Positions 40,320 to 41,717 of a stretch of DNA of 41,717 nucleotides are shown here, in pieces. The number at the start of each line of letters is the position of its first letter. Position 1 is the first letter of the stretch. A program made the translations under genes and the position numbers. The stretch comes from Candidatus Daviesbacteria bacterium RIFCSPLOWO2_01_FULL_37_10 (GTDB lineage: Bacteria > Patescibacteriota > Microgenomatia > Daviesbacterales > UBA10151): contig MFDK01000004.1 in assembly GCA_001776865.1 (NCBI GenBank), positions 1 through 41,717 of the forward strand, given 5' to 3'. The notes beneath the pieces are model-generated. The model saw only the letters and a list, made by a program, of their open reading frames with translations. It was not told the origin of the DNA and did not search any database.

Positions 40320-41342
40320 TTATGCTGGCAGATATCCTGTCAAATTCTCCACTGTTATCCTGAATGGTCCCGGCTTTCCTTCCACAACTTCCCTTGCTAT
40401 TTTTCTTATTATTCCTTGTACAGTTCTTGCAAGAGACCTTATTCCTGCATCAAATCCTAGCGGTCTTATAATTTGAATCCATAACCCCTCATCTATAATA
40501 ACAGACTTTTGATCAAGACCTGCCTCTCTAATTGCTTTTGGTAAAAGATAATTCTTACCGATAATCAATTTTTCTTCGTCACTGTATGCAGGCATCTCAA
40601 TTGGCTCAATTCTATCCATAACTGCAGTTGCAATATTGGTTGTATTATTAGCTGTTGCTATAAACATTACTTTTGATAAATTAAATGGGAAATCCAGGTA
40701 GTGATCCACAAAAGCGTGATTTTGTTGTGGGTCAAGGAGCTCAACTAATACTCCCATTATATTAACCCTACCCTCTTCTGCAACTCTATCTATCTCATCA
40801 AGGAGTATAACAGGATTATTAACCCCGGTTGATTTTAATGCTTTCATAATCTGACCTGGCTCAGCTTCCGGTTGAATCCTTGATACCCCACGAAGTTGAC
40901 GGGGGTCCCCCATGCCACCGAAAGGTATTCTAATTATTGGTCTGCCCAATGATTCTGCAATTGAATATGCAATAGAAGTTTTACCGGTTCCGACAAGACC
41001 AATAAATGCCAGAATTGGAGCATGAAATCCAGCCGGATTCGGATTTTTACTGTTTAAAATCAAAACTGATAAATACTCCAAAATCCTATCTTTAACAACT
41101 TGTATACCATAATGATTTTTATCCAAAACCTGTTTTGCCCGAACTAAATCCAAAATATCCTGGGACGATTTATTAAAAGGAAGACTTAAAACAAATTCGA
41201 CAAAAGATATAATTTTCTCAAACTCGGCTCCAGTTCCGGGGAAACGAAGAGCGTTACTTAGCTTTTCCTGAATTTCCTGAGGTAGCTGAGCTTGTGTAAT
41301 TTTTTGTTTAAGGGCATCAACCCCCTGGGCAGCATTATCCAT
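40320..41342 (-). CDS. Lon-type AAA+ ATPase module without LON N-domain or S16 protease domain
   Basis: ...KNHYGIQVVKDRILEYLSV..., Walker A GLVGTGKTS, ...GGMGDPRQLRGVSR..., Walker B VILLDEIDRV and ...FIATANN...MDRIEPIEM...AGIRSLARTV... are collinear with the Lon ATPase core. The protein is only 340 aa. Confidence 0.8.
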   Translation of the reverse strand: MDNAAQGVDALKQKITQAQLPQEIQEKLSNALRFPGTGAEFEKIISFVEFVLSLPFNKSSQDILDLVRAKQVLDKNHYGIQVVKDRILEYLSVLILNSKNPNPAGFHAPILAFIGLVGTGKTSIAYSIAESLGRPIIRIPFGGMGDPRQLRGVSRIQPEAEPGQIMKALKSTGVNNPVILLDEIDRVAEEGRVNIMGVLVELLDPQQNHAFVDHYLDFPFNLSKVMFIATANNTTNIATAVMDRIEPIEMPAYSDEEKLIIGKNYLLPKAIREAGLDQKSVIIDEGLWIQIIRPLGFDAGIRSLARTVQGIIRKIAREVVEGKPGPFRITVENLTGYLPA

Positions 41343-41354
41343 AAATTCTTAATT

Positions 41355-41703
41355 GTCATCCTGAGGCGTAGCCGAAGGATATAATCTTATCTTATATTTT
41401 ACCTCTTTTGTCATTCCTGCGAAAGCAGGAATCTATAATTATTCTTCGAGCGAAGCGAGAAGTAACTTTCAACATCCTCGGACAAACATATCACGATCGT
41501 TATATAAATGTCCCAAAAACTTACTATCTACTTAACATGGCGGGACTTGATACTTCGCATTAAATCTAGAGATTCTTCACTTCGTCCACTCACAAAGTGA
41601 GCGAGACCTCGACTTTAGTCGGGCTCAGAACGACAATAATTTTTTTAAGGAAACTTCTCACTTCGTTAGAAGAATAAAGATCCTGAAACAAGTTCAGGAT
41701 GAC
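41355..41703. repeat. Non-coding, repeat-dense tail of the window (at least 6 hairpin modules)
   Basis: The modules are 41355-41380 gtcatcctgaggcgtagccgaaggat; 41410-41433 gtcattcctgcgaaagcaggaatc; 41441-41463 attcttcgagcgaagcgagaagt; ~41569-41636, an inverted nested unit; 41653-41675; and 41679-41703 gatcctgaaacaagttcaggatgac. Confidence 0.8.
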
Positions 41704-41717
41704 ATATAAATTAATAT

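Noticed and set aside
7775-41717. tRNA, rRNA or tmRNA genes in the longer intergenic regions (7775-8026, 10829-11034, 22143-22515, 29669-29828, 41343-41717)
   Set aside because: I saw no cloverleaf-compatible arms or T-loop (GTTCRANYC) motifs. The structures present are the simple or nested hairpin repeats.

Overview
This is an AT-rich bacterial chromosome segment with nearly all genes on the minus strand. It uses the standard genetic code: TGA terminates ftsK, mltG and ruvX.

Gene content:
- 54-22142 is one continuous transcription/translation super-cluster: rpoB-rpoC-rpsL-rpsG-[171-aa ORF]-[75-aa GreA-N-like ORF]-fusA-[NYN cassette]-tuf-[95-aa ORF]-rpsJ-rplC-rplD-rplW-rplB-rpsS-rplV-rpsC-rplP-rpmC-rpsQ-rplN-rplX-rplE-rpsN(type Z)-rpsH-rplF.
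- 22.1-25.0 kb is an accessory patch with two hypotheticals, a NUDIX gene, a zinc-ribbon ORF and hicBA.
- 25-41.3 kb holds mltG, ruvX, a sortase, a 761-aa membrane protein, a short alaS without the C-Ala domain, a rodZ-like gene, brnTA, a frameshifted ORF, a small island, ftsK, RNase J and a Lon-type AAA+ gene without a protease domain.
- I found no rRNA, tRNA or CRISPR by eye.
- The r-protein extensions, truncated housekeeping genes and compactness suggest a reduced-genome (CPR/Patescibacteria-like) bacterium. That is inference only.

Main hunt results:
1. fusA, mltG and ftsK each carry a compact promoter-plus-cargo cassette at their 3' end. Each cassette is bracketed by a decayed duplicate of the gene's own terminal coding sequence, and no recombinase is present. 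This is a candidate undescribed insertion mechanism.
2. A stand-alone 75-aa GreA N-terminal coiled-coil gene abuts fusA.
3. A dense family of GTCAT-headed hairpin or MITE-like repeats occupies almost every intergenic gap. Hairpins sit nested inside the loops of other hairpins.
4. Two ~135-nt copies of a structured element flank ruvX, with compensatory stem changes and a conserved 13-nt loop.
5. A heptamer-array element lies in the rpoB-rpoC spacer and recurs in frame inside rplD and in the rpsQ tail.
6. A perfect 20-nt palindrome-containing motif occurs three times, once inside alaS.
7. Accessory genes recurrently have TGnTATAAT-N6-8-ATG, which suggests leaderless promoters.
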